From positions 4,650,001 to 4,714,000 of the forward strand of contig OZ218951.1 of the NCBI GenBank assembly GCA_965112735.1: a stretch of DNA of 64,000 nucleotides. Reading direction: 5' to 3'. This stretch comes from Phaeosaccion multiseriatum. Lineage: Eukaryota > Protista > Ochrophyta, other classes. The notes beneath the pieces are model-generated. The model made no database searches and had not been told where the DNA came from. It saw nothing but the letters and a program-made list of their open reading frames with translations. A program made the position numbers and the translations under genes. Positions 48,631 through 61,990 of this stretch are shown in pieces (positions within the stretch are counted from its first letter, which is position 1; every line of letters begins with the position of its first letter).

Positions 48631-51600
48631 CGGCAGCAGCCGCCACAACGTGACTCGGACTCCGCTGCTCCTTGTTGCCATCACGCGTCGTCGGTGTCGG
48701 TGTTGGTGTTGGCGATGTCACCACCCCATTGCTCACCGCATCTCCACCACTGTCTCCACCTCCACCACCGCCGCTAACATCTCCGCTTAGAAGAGGCATA
48801 CTGGCCAAAGGGTGGGCTGACCCCGACCCCGGTCCTGAGCTTGACGACGCTAAGGGGGCTGATGTGGTCTTGTTGTGGCTGTGGCCTTGCCCGTCATTAG
48901 CACGACCACCCTCAGCTTTTGAGGTTACCGCGCCGTAGGAGGAATCCGAAGGAGAGGTAGAAGCTTCTTCTTTCGCCTTCTTTTTCTGTGGCTCTGACTG
49001 CGCCTGTGGCTGTCCCTTCTTCCCAGCTCTCAGACTTGCATATCCTTTCGTTGCTGCTGCTGCGGCTGCGGCTGCTGCTGCTGTCACTGCTGCTGCTGCG
49101 CCCCCCCCCTTGTCGTTGTTGGTACCACCACCATCACCTCCCTGCATCTTCCCATTCCGCCCCGCCATCGTATTGCTGCTGGTGGCACTACCACCCAAAC
49201 CGTCAAACTTGAAATCCGCTGGAATCTCCAAGATGATCTTTTTGTTGCTGTTGTTGCTGTTGTTGTGGTGGTGGCTGTGGGCTCCCTTCTGCTGATGGGC
49301 CGACCTCTGTTGATGGGAAGAGGAAGAAGAAGACGCAGGATGTGAAGAGCCACCCCCCCCCCCACCACCACCGCTGTTGCTGTCAGTCGGTGAGGAGGAG
49401 CCGCCCTCGCCACTGCCGGGCAGGTGGTGAGACGGGGGCTTGAAGCTGCACATATCCCACAGACAACGCCAGATCAGCCGTGCAGTAATGCCAACGAAGC
49501 AAGCCACCGAGCTGTAGAGGAAGTACAAGTCGAGGAGATAGAGCTGGAACCAAGACAGATCGTCGCTGGCGCTATCCCCACCCGCCCCTCCCTTTGCTCC
49601 GTACCGACCATATCCCACTCCCCCTCCTCCCCCACCCCCACCACCGCTGCCACTGGTGCTGCTGGAGCTGGCGCTATCGAGCACATCTGCCAGCAGAGAG
49701 GTGGCGTAGGTGAGGCCTCTCGATGCTCGCAGCATACCCCCTGCCCTCCTTGCCGCTGCAGCGAAGGGCGGCTCCTCCAACAGGGCGGAGACGCACAGCG
49801 TAAGCACCTCGGGGAACGCCGAAGAAGAAGAAGAACCCAGGGCAGAAGAAGAAGACAAAGTACAAGAAGAGCATGAATCGGAGTCCGCTGTCGTCGCCAA
49901 AGGTTGTTCCCACGAGGCAGAAGATAATGGGGATGAGGAAGGAAGACGCGAAGGCGTCCCCGTTGGCGCAGCAGCAGCAGCAGAAGAAGAGGAGGAGGAG
50001 GAGGAGGAGGAGAAGGAAGAGAAGGAGGACGCAGAGGAGGAGGGAGGAGAAGGCAGAGGGGGCACCGGCGACGCCGGAAAGAGAGACCAAGCGGCGTCGA
50101 TGGTCAGCCCTGCCCCGAGCTCAAACACATGCGTGGCCACCTCCCCCTGATCGAGAGACGCTGGTAACAGCAGCACCGGCCTACCCTGCCACAGTGCCGC
50201 CTGCACAACTTGGAGGTCTCCCATAGTAACAAGGGCCTGCACAGAGGAGTGGGCGAGCACGGGAAGCAGCACCGCGTCCACCAGCCCGGCCTCTACCTGC
50301 ACGGAGCCCCTGGCTAGAGACCACTCCAGCGCTGTCACCGTCCGACTCTGATCCTGCTCTTGCTCTTGCTCCTCCTGGTCAACAGCAGCCCGAGGAGAAG
50401 ACCCAGTAGCACCAGGCGCAGGCGCTGAATCACCAACTGCTGCTGCTGCTGCTGCTGCTGCTGCGGTTGCGTCTTCAACTGCTGCGTCTGATGGTACGTG
50501 GCTCGAGTCTTCGATTCCTGCACGACGCTCCTCAGCGCCACCCCCCAGCTGTAGCACCAACGGTTGCAGATGTTGTCCGTCCTTCTGTCCCTCCCCCTGC
50601 TGCTCGCTCTCTGTGCCCTCTCTGACACCGCCTTGTAACCGCTCTCGCTCTTCCTTCTCCCGCCGCTTCAGCTGCTCCAGCTTCTCCTGTTGTATCACCA
50701 ACTGGTCCTGCTCTTGCTGCTGCCGCTCAAGCTCCTGCTCCTGCCTCTCTAGCTGCTGGCGCTGCTGCTGATACTCCTGCTGCCGCTGTCTCACCAGCTG
50801 CTCCACTTGCCGCTCCTCCTCCACGGTCGGCGGAGACGGAGGAAGCTGACCCCTTGGCACCAACCAAAGGCGCCTCGATCCCGTACCTCCCGAGGCTAGC
50901 GTGGCCGCCGCTACACCCGCGTCCAGCCGCCGGAGTGAGTCCGTCCCAGCGGCAGCGTGTCCTTGCGCTCCCAAATAAATGGCAGTCACAGGGATGTCCG
51001 GTGCTGCATCAAGCCAGGCCAAGAGCGAGGGGCTCACCGAGCCGCCGTAGCCGTAGCCCACATAGGTAAAGTCTCCATCCCCGCCACCACTCCCGCCACC
51101 GCTCCTCTCGCCTCCTCTATACGAGGCGGGGTCTGCAGCTGATTCGTGATGCCCCCCCCTTCCGGTTGTTCCAGCCCCTCCTTCTGTCGCTTCGCTCTTG
51201 CCTCTTCTTCCCCGCCCGTCTCCAGCCGCTCCTCCTCCTCCTCCTCCTCCTCCTCCTTCTGCCTCTCCTACTGCATCATGTTGCATTGTTGCCCCCCCAA
51301 GGCTGGCAGCAAGCCTGGCGTTGTCCTCTCCTTCTCTCCAGTGCCCCATCTCCTCCTCTATTCGCTCAACCCCCTTGCGGGCCTCCTCTGACCACAATGG
51401 CCCCACCATATGAATACCAGGTGGAAGGGGGCGAGGGTAGTCTATTGGGAAAGCCGTGTCCACAAGCATTGTCGAGACGCGACTTTTGCCATACGGGAAG
51501 CTCCCCACACCACCGCTGTCGCCAGAAGTGAGTCCTGGTGAGGAGAATGGTGCACTGTGCGTGCGTGCGTGCGTGGCGTTGGGTGGTTGCAGAGGATTTA

Positions 51601-51770
51601 GAGGGAGGTAGTGCAGACAGGAGCATGCAAAGCGTCAGTTTCAATGTATATGACGGCATCTGCGCACACCCGAGAGAAGCAAGCGCACACACACACACAC
51701 AGGAGCAACCACATTCACACACACACATATCCAACCCACACACACACCTACACACACACAGAAGCAAACA

Positions 51771-51808
<38 letters not shown>

Positions 51809-52561
51809 CACACACACACCTACACACACACGCGCACACACGCACACACACACACACCTGAGCCCTTCCTCTTGCGTCCCCGCCTGAAGGATGGTGATGC
51901 GGTGCAGGAAGCGGTAGTACACGCCGAGGCAACGCTGCTCCACACCACACCACCGACAACACAGATGACAGAGAGAGAAGAGAGAGGGAGAGAGAGAGAA
52001 AAGGTTGAGGACAGAAGACAGGCACCATGGCAGCAAGGCACAGCCAGACGACAGGCCGGCAGCAGGTAGGAAGGTAGGCGGGAGGGAGGGAGGGAGGGAG
52101 GGGGTAGAGGACGTAGTAGACACCTGAGTCACAAGACGGATTTACCGTGTTACGGTATCACTACGTAACCTTACGTTACCTTACCTGCCACAGAGTATGC
52201 TGCGCGAGAGTGCGGCCCACGTAGGGGGCAGGGATGTACACCGGGGGGCGGTCTACGTCTAGCAGGAGGGCTGGGCTGTTCAGTACTAGGGGCAGGTCCA
52301 GCACAGTGGCGGCATCGATAGCAGCGAAGGCGTATCTATCCGCCACCACCATCTGTGAGTTGAAGTGGTGGGTGTGTTTGTGGGTGGCGTGGTGGTGGTG
52401 GTGAGTGGCGGTGGTGAAGTGGCACCGGATCGGGAGGGGGGGGGGTCCAGAGCCAAACACAGAATGCGCGATGAGGGATGAGGAGGGAAAAGAGAGGAGA
52501 GGAGTGGAAAAATGGTAGTAGTAGCCGTAGTAGTAGCAGTAGCAGTAGTAGTAGTAGCAGC

Positions 52562-52602
<41 letters not shown>

Positions 52603-53206
52603 AAATAGTAGTAGCAGTAGTAATCGTAGTAGCAGTGAAAGCAACCATACTTGTTGTAGTAGAAATAGTAGTAGCAGTAGTAATCGCAGTAGCAGCGTAA
52701 GCAACCATAGTTGTTGTTGTAGAAATAGTAGTAGCAGTAGTAATCGTAGTAGCAGCGTAAGCAACCATAGTTGTAGAAGTAGTAGGCTTCCCCTTACCTT
52801 GGGCGGGTCTACTGACCAGGAGTCCACGAGATACCTAAACATGGCCCTCTGCATACCCGTATAGTAGTGAAGGTCGTCCCTCAGCATACCTCGCACCCGA
52901 GTCCCTCTGATGTCCCAGTCCCACGAGAGGGAGGGTGCCGCTCGGAGGGTAGGGTCAAATGGTTCGTACGTTGCCGGTAGAATGATCTCCACCCCTCCTC
53001 CGCCTCCTTCAACAGGGTTCCTTGTGCTCTCGTCACCACCGTTGCTACCACTGCTGCTGCTTCTCCCCCAATTTCTGAACCCCCAACCACCCTCACTGCC
53101 CCCCTCCCCCCCTCCTTGAGTCGAACCATCATCCCCCTGAGTAGCGTCGCCGCCGTCGATAGGGGGACCAACACTCACTCCAACAGATGAAGAAGCGGAG
53201 TCGCAA

Positions 53207-53237
<31 letters not shown>

Positions 53238-55196
53238 TATCACCAGCTGCTGCTGCTGTGTCACCAGCTGCTGCTGCTCCGTCCACCCCCTCTACAACAG
53301 GCGCTGCTGCTCCATACCGCACCGCACCTTCCCGTTCCCCTCCCGCTCCCCCCTCGCCCCCCCCCCCCCCTCCTCCTCCTCCTCCTCCTCCTCCTCCTCC
53401 TCCTCCTCCTCCCCGGGCTCTCTCCCACCACCTCGCTGCCTCCCTTCGGAATCCCCCCATAAAGTTATTGGTGTCTGACCCCCTGTCGGAGGCGCCTCTC
53501 ACACTCTCACCCACCGCACTGCTCTCGCTGCCCATATGCCTGCTGCTATTACCGCAGCTCTGTCCGCTCCCCCCCTCTCCCTCACCCCCGCCCTTCCCTA
53601 AGCCTCGGGTGCCATCGTGCCGATCGCCGCTCTCTCCTGTTACGCCGCCCCCGCCTTCCTCTCTCACACCACCACCACCACCACCACCACCACCACCACC
53701 ACCCCCCCCAGTGGCAGGCCCTCCACCGCGCTCCTGGGCATCGCTTCTGGCCCTCTTCTTCCCCATCTTACCACCATCAGCCCCCCCCCAGAGCCAGCCG
53801 GTGCTCTGCTGCTGCATGTGTTGCGTGAGAGGATGCTCCGGTGACCAACACCCCTCTTCACTCGTGGAGCCCGCCGCCCTGTGCTCATAGAATAGAAGGA
53901 GGAGTAAAGAACCAACACATGTACATAGATAGGCGGGTGAGCTGTGAGTATGTGCGTGCGTGCGTACGTGTGCGCGTGCGTGCTTGTGTGTGCGCTTGCC
54001 TCATTGCCTCTCGTGCTGCTGTACAATCCAACCCCGTGTGTATGGGGAAGAAAGGAGGGTAGGCACAACACGGAGAAGAAACAGCACGTTCTTCCTCACT
54101 CACTCACTCGCCGACTCACTCACCCACCCACTCACCCACCCACTCACCCACTCACTCACTCACTCACTCACTCACTCACTCACTCACTCACCTGTACATT
54201 AGCCCAGGCACGTCCCAGACAGCAGCACCCCCTCCCCCTCCCCCCGACGAGGCTGTGTGGCAGTCGGGTGGTAGCCAGAGGGTTGAGGGGTGACCTCTCC
54301 GGATCATTTCTGCTGCAAGTGCCTTGAGTGGCTCTACGTGTCCCTCCAGGGGAAGGCCCACGAAGGCTATGTGCGGGTGTCTGCTTTCGTCGATGGTACC
54401 ATAAGAAATTGTATGGCACAATAGATAGTGCACAAGACGTACAGAGTCCAGGGCAGAGGGAGGGAGGGAGGGGACATGTGGGTTGGGTGGGTGAGCGGAG
54501 AGAAGTAGGGGCGGGTTGAGTTATCTGTTGACGAAAGAGCTTACTAGACCCAGCAGCAGCAGCAGCAGCGGCTATCCTTCAAGAGTAGCCTCAGTCAGTC
54601 AAGAAGGGCCGGTTTGAGCTCTCTCTCTCTCTCACACACACATATATACATACATACATATCTCTTGTGTACTACCAGTCGATTGTTGGAATGGGGAAGC
54701 AGCTCTAAAGCATACGATCATTGCACCCTTACCCGCTGCTGCCTCCGCCGGTGCTGCCCAAGATTTCCTCCACTTCATCGTCGCCTCCCCCGGCCAGAGC
54801 CCGGGCCCAGCAAGATACGAGCCCCTGGCGAGAGGGCAGCACGGAAAGAAACAGCAAGAGCTGCGCCATCCAAAACACCCACAAACGAGACACGTCGAAG
54901 CAGCCCCGCTTCCTCTTGTCCCTCCTCCCTCGACCAAGAAGACTGCCACCGTCGCCGCTGCTTCCACCTTGGCCTCCACTCCTCCGCCCAGCCCGTAGGC
55001 TGCTTTCATCCGCAGAAGACGCCCGAACAAAGACAACAGTCCTCATCACTTCCGTCCCCTCTTCTTCTTCATCGCTTGCACGATCATGGCTCAGCGGCGG
55101 CTCCTCCCATTGCTGTTTCTCCAACACCTGCTCCTGGTGCTGGCCCTGCCGCTGGCGCTGCTGCTGCTCAGTCGGAGGCGCAGCCGCCGTCCTCAT
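48626..55196 (-). CDS. UDP-glycosyltransferase (GT1 / UDPGT family), membrane-anchored, with large low-complexity insertions, multi-exon
   Basis: IAFVGLPLEGHVEPLKALAAEMIRRGH, MVVADRYAFAAIDAATVLDLP, DYPRPLPPGIHMVGPL, PSPG-like HSSVQALVTMGDLQVVQAALWQGRPVLLLPASLDQ, and WFQLYLLDL followed by a TM helix. Confidence 0.85.
52515..52785. repeat. (AGT)n tract with a ~60-bp higher-order repeat (3 copies) in a UGT intron
   Basis: AGAAATAGTAGTAGCAGTAGTAATCG...GCAACCATA repeats with a 60-bp period. Confidence 0.85.
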
Positions 55197-55358
55197 GGCG
55201 GCCCGCCGTCTCCCCCTCAAAATCCACTCTCCGTTTCTCTCCCCGCTCTCCTCTCCTGGGCCGGGGCACAGAAGCCAAATGTCGAGATGCTCAATTTCTA
55301 AAATGGGGATGGCACTGGATGGGTGCAATTTTTGTTCTCATTCTTGCCCTCCTTCTGC

Positions 55359-56568
55359 ATGAGGAGCTTACCAGGGATGAGGCCCCTGCTGCTGGGTGCC
55401 TACGTACCCCCTGCTTCTTCCCTGGTGCTGCTGCTGATACTGCTTTTGTCTACGCAAACAAACGGTGTGTTGGGCGGGCCATCGTCCAGTCCTCGAGGTC
55501 TCCATGCAGCTACTGGAGCCTCATCAAGAGCAGCTCCGGCAGCGGAAGCAGCAGCAGCGACAGACACAACGGTCGGAACGGCTTTAAGGAGAAGCCGTGG
55601 TAGAGGATTGCAAGCGTTTGTGCTAAGGAGAGGCGGGGCAACCGGAGGAGGAGCCACCGAGAGGTCGGCAGTTGTGAAGTCCGGGGCCAAAGCAGACGCA
55701 GCAAAGAGGAGTGAGAGAGGCACGACCATAGAAGTAGAATCAAAATCAGCAGGGAGCGGCGTTTCCTCGGTCATCAGTGCGCTGAATTCAGGTGTCTTGT
55801 CTTTGCTGGGAGGATCAGGGACCGTCAAAGGTGTCATCATGGGCGTCTCCGCTGCCACTGCTGCCACTCTTATGTTGCAGGGCAAAGGTAGTAAGCGAGT
55901 GGCTAGTAGAGAAGGAAGCGGCAACGTCTCTCCTGAGCAGCCTAGCGGGAGTAACCCGGAGGCCAGTAGCAGTAGCATTAGTAGAAGTGGTAGTGGTGGT
56001 GGAGTAAGCAGTAGCCTCAGTAGTGCAGGCCGATCGGGCAGTGATGTCGTCTCCGCCATTTCAGAGGTACTACCAGAGGTGACGGACGAAGAGGTGAGCC
56101 ACGTGGAGGAGGAGGAGGAGGAGGAGAAGAAGAGACAGGATAGGATATTTAGTCCAGAGGACACGCTCACACGTATTGCAATGATTTGTGTTTCACTTTG
56201 GACTGCACGAACGGGCGCATTGGTTGCCATCCACCCCCCCCCTCCCCCCCTTCCATTACCCTTGTCCTTGCCCTTGCTCTATGCGGAAGATGAACGCACT
56301 CAGGGGGAAGCTGCGGGGCATGGTGGTGCAGCGACGGAAGGAGCAGAGGCAGCGCCGCAAAGAGCAGAGGCTCCGCCGCAGGAAGGCGCAGATGAAGCGC
56401 GTGAACGCCATGCCCAAGTTCCCGCTGCCCACAGGTACAGCAGTTGGTGGTACAGTGGTACAGTGGTACAGCAGATGGTGGTACGGCAGAACTTGATGTC
56501 TTTCTCGAGGCGGTCGGATCGGGTCATGTCACGCATGTACGCATGTGTGTGTGTGAGTGTGTGCGTGG

Positions 56569-56626
<58 letters not shown>

Positions 56627-59600
56627 ATTTTTGTGTGTATTCGCAGTCCATCCATACCTCCTCCCTCTACCCACCTCTCTGCTTCTGTCTGGCGTTATGC
56701 TATCCTCACTACCTGTCTGCCTACCTGCCCGCATGCATGCATGCCTGCATGCCTGCCTGCCTGTATGTCTGCCTGCCTGTCTGCCTCGCCTGCCTGCCTG
56801 CCTGCATGTCTGCCTGCCTGCCCATATACCTGTTGTGCTTGAGAGCAGGGGACTCGAGCCTCATCTCCCGCGTGTGGGGCAAGCGCATCGCATCCATGTT
56901 GGACACGGAGGGGGGGGAGGACGAGGAACACGTGCCAGAGGTAAGTAAGATTACGTGAGGAAGGGAGGGAGAGTGGGACGGAGGGAGGAAGGGAGGGGAG
57001 GAGGGGGGGAGGGGAGAGAGAGAGGGAGGGAGGAGTGAAAAGGAAGGAAGGAAGGAAGGGGAGCGACGGGGGGGAGCGGGGAAGGGAAAGATGCACAACT
57101 GTCCTGCATGCAAGGTTTGCATCGTGTGTGTGCGTGCGTGCTCATATGTACTCTCCTCCTGGTGCTGTCTGTTGCCTCCTGTACCACCAACTGCTGTGGA
57201 TTCATGCATTGGACAGGAGAGAGCTTCAGGAGCCAAGATCGCCCGAAGTGCCATCTTCTGGAAGGGGGCGACGACGTGAGTAGTGAGGAGTAGTGAGTAG
57301 TGAGGATGGAGGACTTGGAGTGACATGAGAGCTCTCTTTCTCTCCCTGTGTATGTGTCCTGTCTGTTTTCTCTCGTTCTTTCGCTCCTGACCCTTCTTTG
57401 TATGCACACATGCACATATTGAATGTGCTCCCTCACCTCCCTCCCTCCCATCCACTGCCATTCCTCCCACCCACCTCCATCCCCTGCCCAGTATGTACTT
57501 GAGTTACAAAGCCATGCAGGCAAAGTGCAGAGTGCAGCTTCCACGCATTAAGGACCCCCAGGAGAGGCAGGAGACCGAAGAGCGGGTAAGTCAGAGTCAG
57601 CAAGTCAGCCAGTCAGTCGGCCAGTGAGTGGAAGTCAATCAGTTCTTCAGTCAGCCAGTCAGTCAGTCAGTCTGTCAGCCTGTCAGACTATCAACCTGTC
57701 TGTCAGTCTGTCTGTCAGTCTGTCTGTCAGTCAGTCGGTCAGTCAGTCAGTCAGTCAGTCTGTCATTCTTTCAGCGAATCAGTCTGTCTGTCCGTCAGTC
57801 TGTCAGTAAAGTCAGTCTGTTTAGGAGCCAGTCGGTCAGTGAAAGCATGTCAGTGATCTACTGACTGACGGACAGACAGTCGGTAGGTGAAAGCATGTCA
57901 GTGATCTTCGCACATCCCACCTCACATGCCCCCTACCCACCCACACACTGAATCATTGACTTACCCTCCCACCCACCCACACACTGAATCATTGACTTAC
58001 CCTCCCACCCACCCACACACTGAATCATTGCCCCCCCCCCCGCCCCCGCCCACAGTGGTGGCAAGAGACTCACGAGCTCAACAGCGACCGAATGCTCGCC
58101 CTCTGCCTCAACTTGCGGGGCTTCTACCTCAAGAGCGGCCAGGTGAGGAGGGTGAGGAGGGCGCTGATGGATGAGAGGAATGGATGAAAAGTGAAAAAGA
58201 GCAGCTGTGCGACAGTGGGACAGTGCGACAGTGAAGCAGTGAGGCAGTGAAGCAGTGAAGCAGACAAGGTGCATGGGGGAGAGAGGGAGAGGGGACACGG
58301 GGACAGATGGTTGAGAGGGTCGCACGGGTAGAGAGGGTAGAAGAGAGAGGGGGTGCGGACGGTACGCGGTGGCCATCCTTGCTTCTTCGCGCGCTCTCTC
58401 GCTCCCTCCCTCCCTCCTCCTCCTCCTCCTCCTCCTCTCTCCCTCCCCTCTCTCCATCCCCGCTCTCCCTCCTCTCCCCCCGCTATGTCTCTTTCTCTCC
58501 ATCTCCCTCCCTCACTCTCCCTCCCCTTTCTCCCCCCCCCCCCCCCAACACACACACACCTCTCTTCTTCTCCCTGTCTCTCCCCCCCTCTCTCTCTTCC
58601 CTCTCCCCCACAGTTCCTGGGTACCCGCTCTGACTTCATGCCCAAAGCGTACCTCAAGAAGCTCTCACAGCTACACGACGCTGTCCCACCAATGCCCAAA
58701 GAGCAGGTGAGAGCAGCCAATCGGAGTTTCAGTTTCAGCTCAGTAGCCAACCGGAGGGGGTGGGTGTGTGCCTACGTCAATGGCACTCGTAGGCCTTTTC
58801 TCTCCTTTGCGTTGTGGCTGTTTTGACCTTGCTGTGCTGAGCTGTACTGAGCTGTACTGAGCTGTGCTGTATCACCAACTGCTGCTGTGCTGCTGTGCTG
58901 TGTGTTGTTTATCGAAGGTGGAGGCGGTGATCGAAGAGGAGCTTGGGACGCCCATTCAGGACACTTTCTCTTCGCTGAACCTCACGCATCCCGTGGGGTC
59001 GGCGAGTATCAGCCAGGTTAGTGCGAATACACACACACAAACACACACACGCACACGTGCACGCGCCTTTCATTGTGCCATTCACTGCCATCCACGACCA
59101 TCCACTACCTTGTACTGCCATCTACTGCCATCCCCCCTCTCAACAGGTGCACAAGGGCGTTCTCCTCTCCACAGGGCAGCACGTGGCGGTCAAGGTGAGC
59201 AAGCCCATGCCCATATGCCTTGAATGCCCATATTCCCTTGCCTGCCCAAAGCCCATCCGCCGGGAATCCGACATTGACCTCTACGCTTCCTCCCCCCCCC
59301 ACTCCCTCCGTCCCTTCCTCCCTCCCCCCCCCTCCCCCCCCCCCCCCCCCTCTAAGGTGCAATATCCCGGCGCGGAGAAGACCATGATGGCAGATCTCCG
59401 CAACATTGAGGTACGTTAGTACGTATGTACGTGTACGTTAGTATGGATGGGGGCGTGCCAGGACAGTGGGTGGGAGGTGTCAGGACAATGGGTGGGGGGT
59501 GTCAGGACAGTGGGTGAGAGATGGGGTGGTGTCAGGACAATAGGCGAAGGGTTGGGTGAAGGTTGTGCTTTCCTCTCCCCCGTCTCTTCTCTCTCCCACT

Positions 59601-59656
59601 CTCACACGCACATACGTAATTCTTAGGTGGATTCCTGAAAAAAAAAAAAAAACTGT

Positions 59657-59695
<39 letters not shown>

Positions 59696-61959
59696 CCCTT
59701 TGTCACCCTTTTCTCTGGTTTCTCGTTCCCCATCCTCCCCCTCCCTACCCCCTCTCATGTACACACACACTCATAGCTGGTGGCGACGTTCTTGCAAAAA
59801 TTCGAACTCGACTTTGACCTCTTATCCTCCATAAAGGAGCTTTCCAAGCAGATACACAGGCAAGCATATGGGAGGGCAAGGGCTGACCTTCTGACTTACA
59901 GAGAGAAGGTGTCAGGGCAGTGAGGGAGGGCGTCAGGACAGAGGGTGTCAGGACAGAGGGTGTCAGGACAGAGGGTGTCAGGACGCTCTAGAGTGCTGAG
60001 TACACACTGAGTTCTGTTGACAGGCTTTTCATTTTCTTAACTTTGGCCGCCTTTACTGAAAACTGAAAACTGAAAACACAGGGAGTTTGACTTTACCGTT
60101 GAAGCGACAACAATGGACCGTATGGGGCCCTCCCTTGAGCACGACTGCTCACCACTCCTCAGCGTGCCCAGGAGCATAAAGGTAAGAAGGTCAGAGGGTA
60201 AGAGGGTCAGAGGGTCAGAGGGTAAGAGGGATAGAGGGTAAGAGGGTCAGAGGGTCAGAGGGTAAGAGGGTTAGAGGGTAAGAGGGTCAGAGGGTAAGAG
60301 GGTCAGAGGGTCAGAGGGTTAGAGGGTCAGAGGGTCAGAGGGTTAGAGGGCAAGAGGGTCAGAGGGTTAGAGGGTAAGAGGGTCAGAGGGTAAGATGGTT
60401 AGAGGGTCAGAGGGTCAGAGGGTAAGAGGGTTAGAGGGTAAGAGGGTCAGAGGGTTAGAGGGTAAGAGGGTCAGAGGGTCAGAGGGTCAGAGGGTCAGAG
60501 GGTTAGAGGGTAAGAGGGTCAGAGGGTAAGAGGGTCAGAGGGTAAGATGGTTAGAGGGTAAGAGGGTAAGAGGGTAAGAGGGTAAGAGGGTCAGAGGGTA
60601 AGAGGGTCAGAGGGTAAGAGGGTCAGAGGGTCAGAGGGTAAGAGGGTCAGAGGGTAAGAGGGTCAGAGGGTAAGAGGGTTAGAGGGTCAGAGGGTCAGAG
60701 GGTAAGAGGGTCAGAGGGTTAGAGGGCAAGAGGGTCAGAGGGTCAGAGGGTAAGAGGGTCAGAGGGTAAGATGGTTAGAGGGTCAGAGGGTCAGAGGGTA
60801 AGAGGGTTAGAGGGTAAGAGGGTAAGAGGGTCAGAGGGTAAGAGGGTCAGAGGGTCAGAGGGTTAGAGGGTAAGAGGGTCAGAGGGTTAGAGGGCAAGAG
60901 GGTCAGAGGGTTAGAGGGTAAGAGGGTCAGAGGGTAAGATGGTTAGAGGGTCAGAGGGTCAGAGGGTAAGAGGGTTAGAGGGTAAGAGGGTTAGAGGGTC
61001 AGAGGGTAAGAGGGGAAGAGGGTAAGAAGGGGAAGGTTGCAGGGTGTTGCCTGTTCCTACTCTTGTACCCCGTGCGTTGCATTTTGTATTTCCGGCCATG
61101 ATTACCATCGCATTATCATGTCATCACCACTCATTGCCACCCCGTCTCAACCCAGATACCATCCCATTCCCACGCTGCTAACACCTAATGAACCTCCCCG
61201 TTTTCACCTCTCTAAGGCGACGCCTCGGCTGTTAACCACCCCATTTCCGTTAACCACCCCAATAACCGTTAAACACCCATTACCCTCTAAGGCGACGCCT
61301 CGGCTGCTCATAATGTCCTTCGTGGAGGGGCAAAGCCTCGCTTCTCTGCGGCGCTCCCCTACGGAGCAGCACAAGGCCCTTAGGAAGAGGATCGGGAACA
61401 AGCTCATGCACTCCCTCGCTGACGCCTGGGGGCACATGCTCTTTACGGTCAGTCAGTCCGTCGGTCGGTCGGTCCGTGGAGGGATGGCAGTTGATGGGGG
61501 TTGTGGTGTCAGGACAGAGAGATGGTGTCCGGACAACGTGTAGAGGGGGGGGAGTGAGCTCTTGACGATCAGTCAGCTTTGCCCTTGACCTTTGCCATCT
61601 CCTACCATCCCCTGCCATCCCATGCCATCCCCTGCCATATCCGGCCACCCCTTGCCATCCCCTGCCATCCCTCAGGAGGGTCTGTTCAACGCTGACGTGC
61701 ACCCTGGCAACATTCTCATCATGCCCGCCGACAAGATCGGACCCCTGGGCTTGACTCTCGGTGCGTTTCAGTTTCAGTTTCGATGTCAGTTTGAGCTTGA
61801 GTTTCATTTCAACGGGAATCAGACTCTACCCACCCATACCAATACCCACATACCCTCTCTCTTTCTTTCTCTCTTCCTCGCTCTCTACCTCTCTCCCTTC
61901 CTCTCTCTCTCCCTCTCTCTTTCTCTCATCTCTGTCTCTAATCTCTTCCTCTCTCTCCC

Positions 61960-61990
<31 letters not shown>

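Noticed and set aside
60181-61030. Telomere or interstitial telomeric tract
   Set aside because: It lies within an intron, the unit is 8 bp and variable, and it is not canonical TTAGGG.
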